DNA of 63,970 nucleotides, filler included, from 9 parts of 9 records of this genome joined end to end with filler, not necessarily neighbours in it, one strand, 5' to 3'; positions 41,750 to 51,419 are shown, counted from the whole stretch's first letter. Notes: generated by a model from the sequence alone, not told the origin. Numbers and translations: made by a program.

Positions 41750-42112
41750 ATGAGCATTAACTTCGACAGCACAAAAGCAATATACCTCCAACTGGCCGAT
41801 CTCATCAGAGAGTCGATCATGTCCGGAGCAATGAAAAGCGGAGAAGCTATCCCCTCCGTTCGTCAGCTGTCCGCCGAATACCGCCTGAACCCTCAAACGA
41901 TCTTAAACGCCACACAACTTCTCGTCAATGAGGGCTTGCTCGAAAAACAGCGCGGTAAAGGTTACTTCGTAATGGCTACTGCACAGGATGTATTAAACGA
42001 ATCCGGTGTAATAACTTTCGAAGATGAGACCTTGCCGGACATGATCAAACAGGCCAAGATGCTGGGTATAAGCAAAGATGAACTTTGCAAACTGATCGAA
42101 GCTAAGTATTAA
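41750..42112 (+). CDS. GntR-family regulator, YtrA subfamily
   Basis: 120 aa; IYLQL...I..G....GE.IPSVRQLS....LNPQT......L..EGL....RGKGYFV; short C-terminal domain; upstream of ABC ATPase and permease. Confidence 0.93.
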   Translation: MSINFDSTKAIYLQLADLIRESIMSGAMKSGEAIPSVRQLSAEYRLNPQTILNATQLLVNEGLLEKQRGKGYFVMATAQDVLNESGVITFEDETLPDMIKQAKMLGISKDELCKLIEAKY

Positions 42113-42135
42113 GAGAATAACTGAAAGGGACAAAA

Positions 42136-42192
42136 ATGAAATACTCAAGAACTTATCGCGAACATCTCTCCAGCCGCAGTCTGCGCGGATAA
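42136..42192 (+). CDS. Micropeptide 1: MKYSRTYREHLSSRSLRG (18 aa)
   Basis: Repeated leader/RBS; paralog of peptide 2. Confidence 0.75.
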   Translation: MKYSRTYREHLSSRSLRG

Positions 42193-42251
42193 GAGAAAAG
42201 ACAAGTAAAGAGCCTAGGGACGAAGAGCAAAACAAACTGAAAGGGACAAAA

Positions 42252-42308
42252 ATGAAAAACTTTAAAACTTATCGCTATCACCTCTCCATACGCAACGTAC
42301 GCGGATAA
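42252..42308 (+). CDS. Micropeptide 2: MKNFKTYRYHLSIRNVRG (18 aa)
   Basis: Repeated leader; same length as peptide 1 and shares MK...TYR.HLS.R..RG. Confidence 0.75.
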   Translation: MKNFKTYRYHLSIRNVRG

Positions 42309-42365
42309 GAGAGAACCCGAGTGGGACGAACCGGGGACAAAAAACAATAACTGAAAGGGACAAAA

Positions 42366-42455
42366 ATGTTTAGTAACAACTTATTAAAACGACACAGTAA
42401 CTCCATGGGCTATGTAAGAGCCATGTCGATCAGGATCGTCAGATCTTGCCGATAG
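42366..42455 (+). CDS. Micropeptide 3: MFSNNLLKRHSNSMGYVRAMSIRIVRSCR (29 aa)
   Basis: Repeated leader; paralog of peptide 4 with synonymous codon differences. Confidence 0.75.
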   Translation: MFSNNLLKRHSNSMGYVRAMSIRIVRSCR

Positions 42456-42497
42456 GTTGATAGACCGGGACGAATAAGAAAAGAAGAGGATGAAACC

Positions 42498-42590
42498 ATG
42501 TTTAGCAAATGCGGAATGATGAGACAACATTGCAAAACCATGTCCTATGTCAAGGCCATGTCTATCCGCATCATCAAACCGGCACGGTAA
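42498..42590 (+). CDS. Micropeptide 4: MFSKCGMMRQHCKTMSYVKAMSIRIIKPAR (30 aa)
   Basis: GAGGA RBS; shares MFS...H...M.YV.AMSIRI with peptide 3. Confidence 0.72.
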   Translation: MFSKCGMMRQHCKTMSYVKAMSIRIIKPAR

Positions 42591-42729
42591 TATGAAGATG
42601 ACCGCTAGAAACAGAACAAGATTATTTTTACCATCGCAGATGCGATGATCCGAATACGAGTCCAGGGACGAACTCAAAATTATATTTTTTAAACGGTTGA
42701 TAATGTAATCACTCAGTAAAGGATAACTT

Positions 42730-43569
42730 ATGGAACATGTCATTAACATCAATGGGCTAACCAAGGACTACAAACAGGTCCGCGCCCTTGAGAACGTTGA
42801 TCTAAAGATCCCTAAAGGCCGGATCGTCGGCTTGCTCGGCAAGAACGGTGCGGGGAAATCAACGATGCTGAAATGCCTGCTGGACTTCTTGAAATATGAA
42901 GGCGACATCGCTTTCTTCGGGAAATCCACCAAAGAATGGAAATACGATCTTCACACAAAGGTCGCATTCATTCCCGACGTCAGTGGATTAGATCCACGTT
43001 TAACCGTTCAGGAAACCATTGATTATACCGCCGGTATGAATCCAACCTGGAATTGGGACAAGGCAGAGCGCCTTTTTGCCAAAAGTGAGCTCCCCTGTGA
43101 TCAGAAAGTCAAAACCCTGTCAAAAGGTATGAAAACAAAACTGTACCTCATGCTTACTTTGGCTAAAGACGTCGATATCTTGCTGTTGGACGAACCGACA
43201 CTTGGTTTGGATATCGTTTTCCGCAAAGAATTCTACGATCTGTTGTTGGGTGAATTTTTCGATGAAACAAAAACTGTAGTTATTTCTACTCACCAGGTGG
43301 CTGAAGTGGAAAATATCCTGCAGGATGTCATTTTTATCGATCATGGAAAAGTTAAGCTCCACGAAGACATGAACTCTTTGAAGAGCAACTGGTCCGTTGT
43401 TGAGGTCGCTGCTGACAAAGAAGATGAATTGATGGCCTTTAATCCTAAAACAAAGACAAAAACTCTCGGGAAAGTCCGTGGGCTGGTTGAAGGCAAGGTT
43501 GAATTGCCCGGTGCTGAATATGCAGTTCCCAGCGTATCCGATATCTTTGTCGCCGTGGTCAACGGGTAA
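42730..43569 (+). CDS. ABC transporter ATP-binding protein (YtrB-like exporter)
   Basis: GKNGAGKST, LSKGM, LLLDEPT.GLD, STH. Confidence 0.95.
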   Translation: MEHVININGLTKDYKQVRALENVDLKIPKGRIVGLLGKNGAGKSTMLKCLLDFLKYEGDIAFFGKSTKEWKYDLHTKVAFIPDVSGLDPRLTVQETIDYTAGMNPTWNWDKAERLFAKSELPCDQKVKTLSKGMKTKLYLMLTLAKDVDILLLDEPTLGLDIVFRKEFYDLLLGEFFDETKTVVISTHQVAEVENILQDVIFIDHGKVKLHEDMNSLKSNWSVVEVAADKEDELMAFNPKTKTKTLGKVRGLVEGKVELPGAEYAVPSVSDIFVAVVNG

Positions 43570-43580
43570 GGGGTAATAAA

Positions 43581-44396
43581 ATGGAACAATTAAAAACACT
43601 ACTATTGGTTGAATATAAAAAACGCAAATCCACCTACTGGTGGCCCGTTTGGATCATTGCCGGATTGACGGCTCTTTCTTTGATCGCACTGCTGGTAGCC
43701 TGGATCGTTGAAAGCCCTGATATTATCATGTATGATGGTGTCGACGGTTCAATAGGCCTGCGTATCGGCATGTATGGCGTTATGTTTTCCTTCGGTGTCA
43801 TCTTTCTGGCTTTTATGGGATTGGGCGCACAGACAAGCCTGAACCATGAAAAACAACTCGGTTCGGATCTTTTCTTTCGTTGCCAACCCGTTTCCTTCTG
43901 GAAAGTCACCGGCGTAAAATACTTTATGCACGTGTACGCCTCTTCTATCCTGTTGCTGGGTGTTGGTATTATATTTGCTTTCATCCTCAGCATTGTCAGC
44001 GCATTCTTTGTCGATGGCTTCTATATTGGTAATGCCTTGTACGGCACTTTCCTTGGATGGTTGAACTACCTGAAGCTCGCACTTGTTTTTGGGTCTCTAT
44101 GCTACTTGTTCTCTGCCATTTTCAAGAACAATTCTCTGTTGTTGGGTGCCGCTGCTCTTGGTATCCTGGAAGGCTTGTTTGCGATCATCGAAGCGATCTT
44201 TCGCCATACGATCAGACTGCCCGATGTATTTGTATCGCTTGGCAGAATGGTCGGCAATATGGGCCTTGATGAGATCGACACCGTGAACATGGGTATGGTC
44301 ATGGGTGATTGGCGAATACTCCTTGGCCTTATTTTTGCCGGACTGTGTTTTACCGCCGGCTCGCTCATCTATAAACTCAGAGCCAAAGACGCGTAA
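43581..44396 (+). CDS. ABC-2-type exporter permease
   Basis: About six TMs, E.....LFFRCQPVS.WKV..VK loop; follows the ATPase. Confidence 0.85.
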   Translation: MEQLKTLLLVEYKKRKSTYWWPVWIIAGLTALSLIALLVAWIVESPDIIMYDGVDGSIGLRIGMYGVMFSFGVIFLAFMGLGAQTSLNHEKQLGSDLFFRCQPVSFWKVTGVKYFMHVYASSILLLGVGIIFAFILSIVSAFFVDGFYIGNALYGTFLGWLNYLKLALVFGSLCYLFSAIFKNNSLLLGAAALGILEGLFAIIEAIFRHTIRLPDVFVSLGRMVGNMGLDEIDTVNMGMVMGDWRILLGLIFAGLCFTAGSLIYKLRAKDA

Positions 44397-44607
44397 CCGC
44401 GACCAGAGACTAGGAGTCAGGAGCCAGAATAAGGCACAAAAAGAATAACCTCCTTCATGTTTAAACATATCCCGAGATCCCGTTTCCCGTCGGAGCATAT
44501 CCATGACGGGGTCTCTCTATTGACACGATATTTTGACAGGATTACATGATCTTTAGAATGGTTCCTGACAGGATCACGAGATATGCGAAATTGTATGTAT
44601 ATTTAAT

Positions 44608-44638
44608 TTTTGCCTTTTGCCTTTTGCCTTTTGCCTTT
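44608..44638. repeat. Heptamer tandem repeat TTTTGCC x4
   Basis: ttttgcc ttttgcc ttttgcc ttttgcc ttt upstream of birA. Confidence 0.85.
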
Positions 44639-44648
44639 AAATTCTTAT

Positions 44649-45140
44649 ATGAAATATCAAAATCGTATCTTCGGTTCCCATTTGATCATGGTCAATGAAG
44701 TCGGCTCAACCAACACTGAGTTGCTCGAACATGCAAGTGATCATGAACATGGTACGGTTCTTTGTGCCCGTAGTCAAACTGCAGGCAAGGGGCGACATCA
44801 GCGCGATTGGAAATCACAAAACGGCGGCTTGTATTTTTCAGTTCTACTGAAAGAGCAAAAAAATATCACGTCCGTTTACCCTTTCGTTTTGCTATCTGCG
44901 CTAGCTGTTGTTCGCAGCATCCAGTCTTGCTCTACCCATGATGTGGCCATCAAATGGCCAAACGATATTTATATTAACCACCGTAAAGTCTGCGGCATTT
45001 TAGCCGAATCTTCAACACTTGGAAATTCAACGAATGTGGTAATCGGGATCGGAATTAATGTAAATAATAAGGTTTCACATCTTAAAGATCTGCGCCATCC
45101 TGCCGTTTCTCTCAGCGAATGCAAAGAAGAAGAACTTGAC
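44649..45140 (+). CDS. birA: Biotin-[acetyl-CoA-carboxylase] ligase, 3' truncated
   Basis: STN, QTAGKGR..R.W.S, KWPNDI, KVCGIL.E, GIGINV. Confidence 0.95.
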
Positions 45141-45240
45141 NNNNNNNNNNNNNNNNNNNNNNNNNNNNNNNNNNNNNNNNNNNNTTAATTAATTAANNNN
45201 NNNNNNNNNNNNNNNNNNNNNNNNNNNNNNNNNNNNNNNN

Positions 45241-47253
45241 CCAATGATTTTCTTCCGGGAAATAGAGCATTTGCGCCGGTACTCCACGCAAAATTGCAGC
45301 ATTAAATGCAGCCATTCCCTGCTCTGGTGGTACCCGGTAATCCTTTTCTCCCTGAACAATCAGAATTGGAGTATCCCAGTTTTGTACATATTTGTGTGGA
45401 GAAAATGTATATGATCGTTGCGCCGCTTCGTTGTTCTTATCCCAATAGGCTCCTCCATAGTCAAAATCTACAAACCACATTTCTTCGGTTGAGGTATACA
45501 TGTGTTCGAAGTTAAAGATACCGTCATGAGCAATAAAAGCACTAAAACGTTTGTCGTGATTACCGGCCAGGTACATTACCGAATAGCCACCATAACTTGC
45601 CCCAACAGCACCTAGTTTCGTTTCATCAACAAAAGGTTCTTTTGCCATTTCATCAATAGCTGTCAAAAGGTCTTTAATATTCTGACCACCGTAATCTTTG
45701 GAGATTTGCTCATTCCACTCCTGACCAAATCCTGGCAAACCGCGTCGATTTGGAGCTACAACAATATAATCGTTGGCCGCCATCATCTGAAAATTCCAAC
45801 GGTACGACCAAAACTGGCTAACCGTACCTTGCGGTCCTCCCTGGTTGTACAATAATGTAGGGTATTTTTTATTTATATCGAAATGAGGTGGATAAATTAC
45901 CCACACAGCCATTTGTTTGCCATCAGTAGTTTCCATCCAGCGTTTTTCAACCTTACCCATGGTTAGCTGATCTAAAATTCCTTTGTTTACAGTAGTAATA
46001 GCCTGGTCTTCTCCTGTAACCGGATCAACCAGGTACAATTCTGCCGGTTGCGACATCGACACTTTTTGCGCAATTATTTTATCACCAACCGGAATTGCAC
46101 TCTGATAATTATGAACACCATCGGTTAGACAGGTATAAGTTACATCACTTATATCCATTCTATAAATCTCATCTGTAGCATGAATATCACTAATAAAGAA
46201 GAGTGATTTAGAGTCGTTACTCCAGTTTAAACCATGCACATTCTGATCAAACTCCGCCGTATAATCTTTTTTCTCTCCACTTTTAAGCTCAGCAATAAAC
46301 AAGCGGTTTTTATCCGATTCGTAGCCATCTCTCTCCATGCTCTCCCAAGCCAGATATTTTCCATTAGGTGAAAAAACAGGATTCTGATCATAGCCCATCA
46401 TCCCTTTGGTAAAATTGGAAGTTTTTCCATTTTCAAGATTATACATGTAAATATCGGAGTTTGTAGAAACCGAATATTCCATTCCAACTTTTTTCTTACA
46501 AACATATGCCAGTGTTTTGCTGTCAGGACTCCATACAATTTGTTCTGTTCCTCCCCAGGGTTTCATCGGAGAGTCAAACCGCTCCCCCTCCATTATATCT
46601 TTTCCTTCTTCAACCTTACCATTATTATAATCGGCAATAAAAATATGGTTGTAAGTATAATCATGCCAGGTATCCCAATGACGGTACATGATATCCGTTT
46701 CAAGTCGGGCATTTGCCTTTGGCAAGTCAAGAAATAGTTCATTAATGTCTTTATCCAGTTTTACACTTTTCAGATAGTATATTTTTGACTGGTCGGGGGC
46801 GTATTGAAAACCAAAAATACCGCCATTTATGTCAGAAACCTGTTTTGCTTCAGATCCATCCGGATTTATCTCCCAAAGCTGAATATCGCCTGATGCGGAA
46901 GACAGGTACCCTATCTTTTTTCCATCAGGACGCCAAACAGCATTAAACTCGTTATTTACTGTATTGGTGATATTTTTTGATTCTCCACCGGAAACAGGTA
47001 CCGTGTAAATATCGCGGTAAGATTTATTCTCCTCAATATTATAATAAGTTACCGTATATAAAACAGTTTTGCCATCGGGTGAAAGCTGAGCTCCGCCAAT
47101 TCTCCCAAACGACCAAAGTACCTCAGGTGTCATCACATCAGATGTAAGTTTTGGTGCTTCGGGCAAATAGTTTTTTGATACATTTTTCTGATCCTTTTTT
47201 GTACAGCTGAATAATAACATTACAGCAAAAGCTAACAAAGCAGTTTTTTTCAT
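45241..47253 (-). CDS. S9 family (prolyl oligopeptidase/DPP5-like) lipoprotein peptidase, 3' truncated
   Basis: Lipobox LFSC, beta-propeller, GASYGG nucleophile, DYRVP, ENHW. Confidence 0.93.
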
Positions 47254-47321
47254 TTCCTCTTATTTGAACAATTATTTTGTCAAATAAAACAAATAAGCTA
47301 TTGTATAACAATGATATTTTA

Positions 47322-47353
47322 CAAAAAAAGGTACCCTAACCGGATACCTTTTT
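47322..47353 (-). terminator. Rho-independent terminator after nigD
   Basis: AAAAAGGTA...TACCTTTTT inverted repeat. Confidence 0.6.
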
Positions 47354-47380
47354 GCATTGTTTAACTTTTAGTGGCTGTGG

Positions 47381-48076
47381 TTATTCCAAACCTTTATAAT
47401 TGAATGTTCCGTTATCGGTATGCTCAACTCCTTCATAATCTGTTGATACGAATTCAAACTTCACTGAATCCAGTCCATTGATACGAATATTATTCAAACT
47501 AAACGACACATAGGCAGTATAAGGAATTGACTCTTGATCATCATTGGCATTATGTCGTAGCTCCAGTTGTATAGGCTGATCTTCAGGTTTTAACTCCCCA
47601 GGTTGTTTAACCAAATTCAGATAATGAATTTTATTATACCCCCAGTATTTTAGCTTAAAATTCAAAAGGCTATCTGTCATCCAAACATTTTCAACAATAA
47701 TAGGATCATTACCTATGCTATCCGCATTTTCTTCGGTAATATCCAAAATCCCTTTCATCAGCACATCATCAATGCCATTTATTTTTACAAAATAACGGGG
47801 ACTACTGCTGCTTGTTAGATCTTCATCCAAAATGGTATAATTTACCAATACCCTATCTCCATCCTCAAAATCGTTATACCAACCAGGATTTGTAGCTGCA
47901 ACCGGTACCAGTACATCACCGTTGTCTAATATTAAAAACCTTGATCCCTCATCGCTTTCCTGATAAATTCCAAAGCTTATCCAAATATCTCCCAACGAAT
48001 ACCCATCATCGTCTAAACAAGCTGTAAAAGCCAATAAAAAACTTATTAAAATCCCAAATGCTAATTTCTTCATCAC
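47381..48076 (-). CDS. NigD-like lipoprotein
   Basis: Lipobox FTAC followed by LDDDGYSL, GDRVLVNYT, GNDPI, LELRHNA. Confidence 0.85.
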   Translation of the reverse strand: MMKKLAFGILISFLLAFTACLDDDGYSLGDIWISFGIYQESDEGSRFLILDNGDVLVPVAATNPGWYNDFEDGDRVLVNYTILDEDLTSSSSPRYFVKINGIDDVLMKGILDITEENADSIGNDPIIVENVWMTDSLLNFKLKYWGYNKIHYLNLVKQPGELKPEDQPIQLELRHNANDDQESIPYTAYVSFSLNNIRINGLDSVKFEFVSTDYEGVEHTDNGTFNYKGLE

Positions 48077-48268
48077 TCTTTAATTAATTTTTCACATATC
48101 TTAGATACTTTTAAAACGTAAAGGGTTGCGTTAATCGTTATTTATTTATAATGGCACAACTTTTGCCATACACATATCTAAATAATTACATATATTTGAA
48201 CAATATTTATTTGTAGGAAGTTATAGTTTCAACAATAAAAAATCTGGGAATAAACAAATTATATAAAA

Positions 48269-48769
48269 ATGAAGAAAAAAAATATTTTAATTGCATTTGC
48301 ACTGGTTTTGCTATTAGGCTATTCGGCTAGTTGTGCTAATTCGGAGAAAAAAGCTACAGAAACACCTGGAACTTCAGTCTCAGAAGAAGAGCACGCAACA
48401 ATAAAATTAAATAAAGCTATGTTTCTTGAGAAAATATGGGACTACGAAAACTCGCCTAAAGAATGGAAGTTTAAAGGAGATAAACCAGCTTTAATCGACT
48501 TTTATGCCGACTGGTGTGGCCCTTGCCGTACAGCTGCTCCGATACTTGAGGAAGTAGCAACAGAGTATAATGGAAAAGTTGATGTTTATAAAATAGATAC
48601 ACAAGTTGAACAGGAACTAAAGGCTGTATTCGGAATCAAAGGAATTCCGGCATTTTTGTATATCCCGATGAAAGGTAAACCAACTATGACATCGGGGATT
48701 GCACGGAGCAAAGCAGATACCAAAAAAATGTTTACCGATAATATTGATAAACTTCTTCTGGCACAATAA
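48269..48769 (+). CDS. Thioredoxin-domain lipoprotein
   Basis: IDFYADWCGPC; signal peptide with SASC. Confidence 0.92.
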   Translation: MKKKNILIAFALVLLLGYSASCANSEKKATETPGTSVSEEEHATIKLNKAMFLEKIWDYENSPKEWKFKGDKPALIDFYADWCGPCRTAAPILEEVATEYNGKVDVYKIDTQVEQELKAVFGIKGIPAFLYIPMKGKPTMTSGIARSKADTKKMFTDNIDKLLLAQ

Positions 48770-48783
48770 GTCAGAGTAACAGG

Positions 48784-48830
48784 AAAAAAGAGACCGTCTT
48801 AAAAAAGTTTTGAGGTGGTTTTTTATTTTC
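48784..48830. terminator. Bidirectional terminator between convergent genes
   Basis: A-run, GACCGTCTT...GAGGTGGTT stem, T-run. Confidence 0.55.
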
Positions 48831-48833
48831 CGG

Positions 48834-50162
48834 TTATTGCTCATTATTCATTTTTAACCTACTAATAATAAAATGCCCCAGATCACGGCCTTGCTGAAGA
48901 CCATTATCAATTGCTGACCGGTAATGTATTCCACCATAAAGCCTGCTTATAGCAGCCTCATCGCTGGCATGATAAAATGATTTAAACGAACGAACCGGTA
49001 ATCCGTATTCTACCTCAACTGAATCTGCAAATACAATATTATCTCCAAAAACATTAGTGCAGGCTACCGATGCGGCTCCGGATACAACTGAATGACCAGA
49101 AGTATATTCCGGAAAAGGTGGCGTTTGTAAAATTGGAATCCAGTCCTCATCGATGAACTTATTAATAAGTGTTTCAGGACGAACAAGGTTCGACCGGTAT
49201 TTTTCATCCCAACAACTGATAAAACCATCGGCAATAGTCAGTTTTACTTTCGTAAGTCCACAAACCGTTTGTTCGTACGAGAAATTGTAGTTTCGTGCCA
49301 GTTGTGCTGCAATACCAACCCAATGTCCTCCGGGAGTTATCTTTTTTAAAGCAAACATCAAGTGTCCACGATGTTGAGACACATAAGGATTACAATCCCA
49401 AAATTTTGCAACTTCAACTTCTTCATCCGATATATCATTTCGAACGTTATAAACTTCCAATAGCTCTTGATAAAATTCAGATGATTCATTCATGGAAAAT
49501 TCAGGAGGTTCCTTAGGCTTAAACTGTTGTGCAGAATCGATAACGAAAGGGCGTATTTTCATCCAGTGTGGTTCAATACCTTCCATATAATCAGGAGGAG
49601 TGGGTTGCCATCTCCCGGGCTCGTCTGTTCTTATCGTAAATTTTGGGAAAGTACGTGTTTCCTTATAAAGATCATCTTCCATCCATTCAATTATATGAGC
49701 AGCCACCCTCTTCCCATATTCAACCGAATTGTTATAGCACTTCAATTTTCTACCCATTTTCATCTCTTGTAAAAATACAGAATACTGCCTTACTAGTTTT
49801 TCTTCTGAAAAAACCATTGTTTTTACAATCTCATAGTAAGCAACCATTCCTGCAAGTTTAAAGTCGTATTCCTGCATGGAGTCAGGAATGGGGATAGGTT
49901 GAAGACCGTTTAACTGCCCCGACAGAGATTTATAATATTCGTTATTCAAGGCAAGAACCTCATATGCTGCAATTGCCGGATAAACATAATAGCGGCTGGC
50001 AACAGGAGGTGAAGTTATATCGTGAACCGTAATATCGGTTAAAGTTTTTAAAGCTCTTTGAAAATGGTCGGCAGTAACTTCCCGTTTATTTTTAATTTGA
50101 TTACACGACAATAACACAATTAATAACAGGAAAAGAATCACATAAATTCTGCTCATAGTCAA
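48834..50162 (-). CDS. Vanadium-dependent haloperoxidase / PAP2 superfamily lipoprotein
   Basis: K-x6-RP (EKYRSNLVRP), PEYTSGHS, SRLYGGIHY; lipobox LLSC. Confidence 0.85.
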   Translation of the reverse strand: MTMSRIYVILFLLLIVLLSCNQIKNKREVTADHFQRALKTLTDITVHDITSPPVASRYYVYPAIAAYEVLALNNEYYKSLSGQLNGLQPIPIPDSMQEYDFKLAGMVAYYEIVKTMVFSEEKLVRQYSVFLQEMKMGRKLKCYNNSVEYGKRVAAHIIEWMEDDLYKETRTFPKFTIRTDEPGRWQPTPPDYMEGIEPHWMKIRPFVIDSAQQFKPKEPPEFSMNESSEFYQELLEVYNVRNDISDEEVEVAKFWDCNPYVSQHRGHLMFALKKITPGGHWVGIAAQLARNYNFSYEQTVCGLTKVKLTIADGFISCWDEKYRSNLVRPETLINKFIDEDWIPILQTPPFPEYTSGHSVVSGAASVACTNVFGDNIVFADSVEVEYGLPVRSFKSFYHASDEAAISRLYGGIHYRSAIDNGLQQGRDLGHFIISRLKMNNEQ

Positions 50163-50219
50163 GTTAGTTAAAATGTATCTATTTGTTACATGCTAAAAAC
50201 AGAAAAAACGATTCTTTGT

Positions 50220-51419
50220 TTAGTCAAATTTTTCATTTAGTTGTAAAAATTGCAAACTATCGCTGTTGGTAGCAGCAACCAGAATTGTTTGATTACCAGC
50301 TGAAAAAACGGCTAAATCATTTACTACACCATTAAGCTTCTTTCCTCTTTTAGAATCATCAAGAACGTAAAATCCATTTTGTTTATTATTAATTAATACT
50401 TCACCAAAACCGGCATCTAATCGCCCTAGTTGCGTGCTAATACCATGAGAATTACCGGCCAAAAACAAGTCAGGATAAGTATCATGGTTAAAATCGTTAA
50501 TCCACATTGAGTTTATTACAGAAAGTTGGGCAATAGAAGGTAATTTATGGGGATTAAAGGTTTCGTCTCCATTATTTTCAAAATAACAATGTGCCAAAGT
50601 TTCAACTTGCTTTTTTTTAGCATTTTTGAGCTGTTTGGCAGAAATCAGGTCGATAATTTTTGCACGGGCAAAATCATGATAAAAAAGATATTTTTTATTT
50701 AAATGAGGAAGTTGAATTGTCAATTCTTCTTTGGTTGCAAGTGGCATTTCTGTTCCATGATAGAAGTAAGTTATAAAAGGATCACTGGTTCCGTTATTAT
50801 CGAAATCATCTATATAAATGCGTAAAGGTTCTTCAATACTTGCTGTTAAACGAGTGTTTAAACCAAAATTACCAGCAACCAGGTCTATCTTTCCATCCTG
50901 GTTTACGTCTAGTTTTTCAACAGAATTCCACCAACCAGATGAGTTTTCTATCTCAGCTTTGCGATCCAGTATTCCATTGTTATTGTAAAAAATGGTAATT
51001 GGCATCCAGTGACCAACAACTACCAAATCGTCCCAGCCATCAGCGTTTAAATCAGCCCAACAAGCATCGTAAATATTACCCGCCATACTGAGCTCAGGAG
51101 CTAAATCTTTAGTAACATTTTTAAAATTACCAGTACCATCATTCGCATACAAAAAACTTTGCGGAGTTACTCCATATTTACGAGGCACTATATTGGCACC
51201 TACAAACAAATCTAAATCTCCATCTTTATCAAAATCTGTTTCAGCCAATGCCGAGCCATTCAGTTCTAAATCAGTTAAATCACCCGCATCAGCCAGGTAT
51301 AAAATACCTTCTTCATTTTTATAGAAACGTGGATTTAACGCAACACCACGGGCAAATTCGTTACCGCCACAAATAACCAACAGGTCTTTATCACCATCAT
51401 CATCACTATCAAAAAATAT
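50220..51419 (-). CDS. VCBS/FG-GAP repeat protein, 5' truncated
   Basis: Repeated DxDxDGDxDL / DFNxDxxxDL motifs. Confidence 0.88.
   Translation of the reverse strand: MFFDSDDDGDKDLLVICGGNEFARGVALNPRFYKNEEGILYLADAGDLTDLELNGSALAETDFDKDGDLDLFVGANIVPRKYGVTPQSFLYANDGTGNFKNVTKDLAPELSMAGNIYDACWADLNADGWDDLVVVGHWMPITIFYNNNGILDRKAEIENSSGWWNSVEKLDVNQDGKIDLVAGNFGLNTRLTASIEEPLRIYIDDFDNNGTSDPFITYFYHGTEMPLATKEELTIQLPHLNKKYLFYHDFARAKIIDLISAKQLKNAKKKQVETLAHCYFENNGDETFNPHKLPSIAQLSVINSMWINDFNHDTYPDLFLAGNSHGISTQLGRLDAGFGEVLINNKQNGFYVLDDSKRGKKLNGVVNDLAVFSAGNQTILVAATNSDSLQFLQLNEKFD

Larger units (their letters stand above)
42119..42368 (+). repeat. Three exact copies of AACTGAAAGGGACAAAAATG (42119, 42235, 42349): RBS plus start leader of the micropeptide genes
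   Basis: Identical 20-mers spaced 116 and 114 nt apart, each ending in an ATG. Confidence 0.95.

Noticed and set aside
42119-42368. CRISPR array (three identical 20-nt repeats, regular spacing)
   Set aside because: The spacers are about 95 nt, resemble each other and encode peptides. The repeat ends in RBS+ATG, is not palindromic, and no cas genes are present.
42119-42680. Hammerhead ribozyme repeats (CTGA...GAA)
   Set aside because: The core CUGANGA is not matched (CTGAAAG) and the required three-stem architecture is not evident.
42384-42764. 126-aa minus-strand ORF across the peptide array
   Set aside because: No RBS or recognisable homology; the plus-strand small ORFs explain the repeat and codon pattern better.
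44608-44638. TTTTGCC repeat as the coding N-terminus of BirA (MPFAFCLLPL)
   Set aside because: A simple intergenic heptamer repeat; BirA homology starts at the ATG at 44649.
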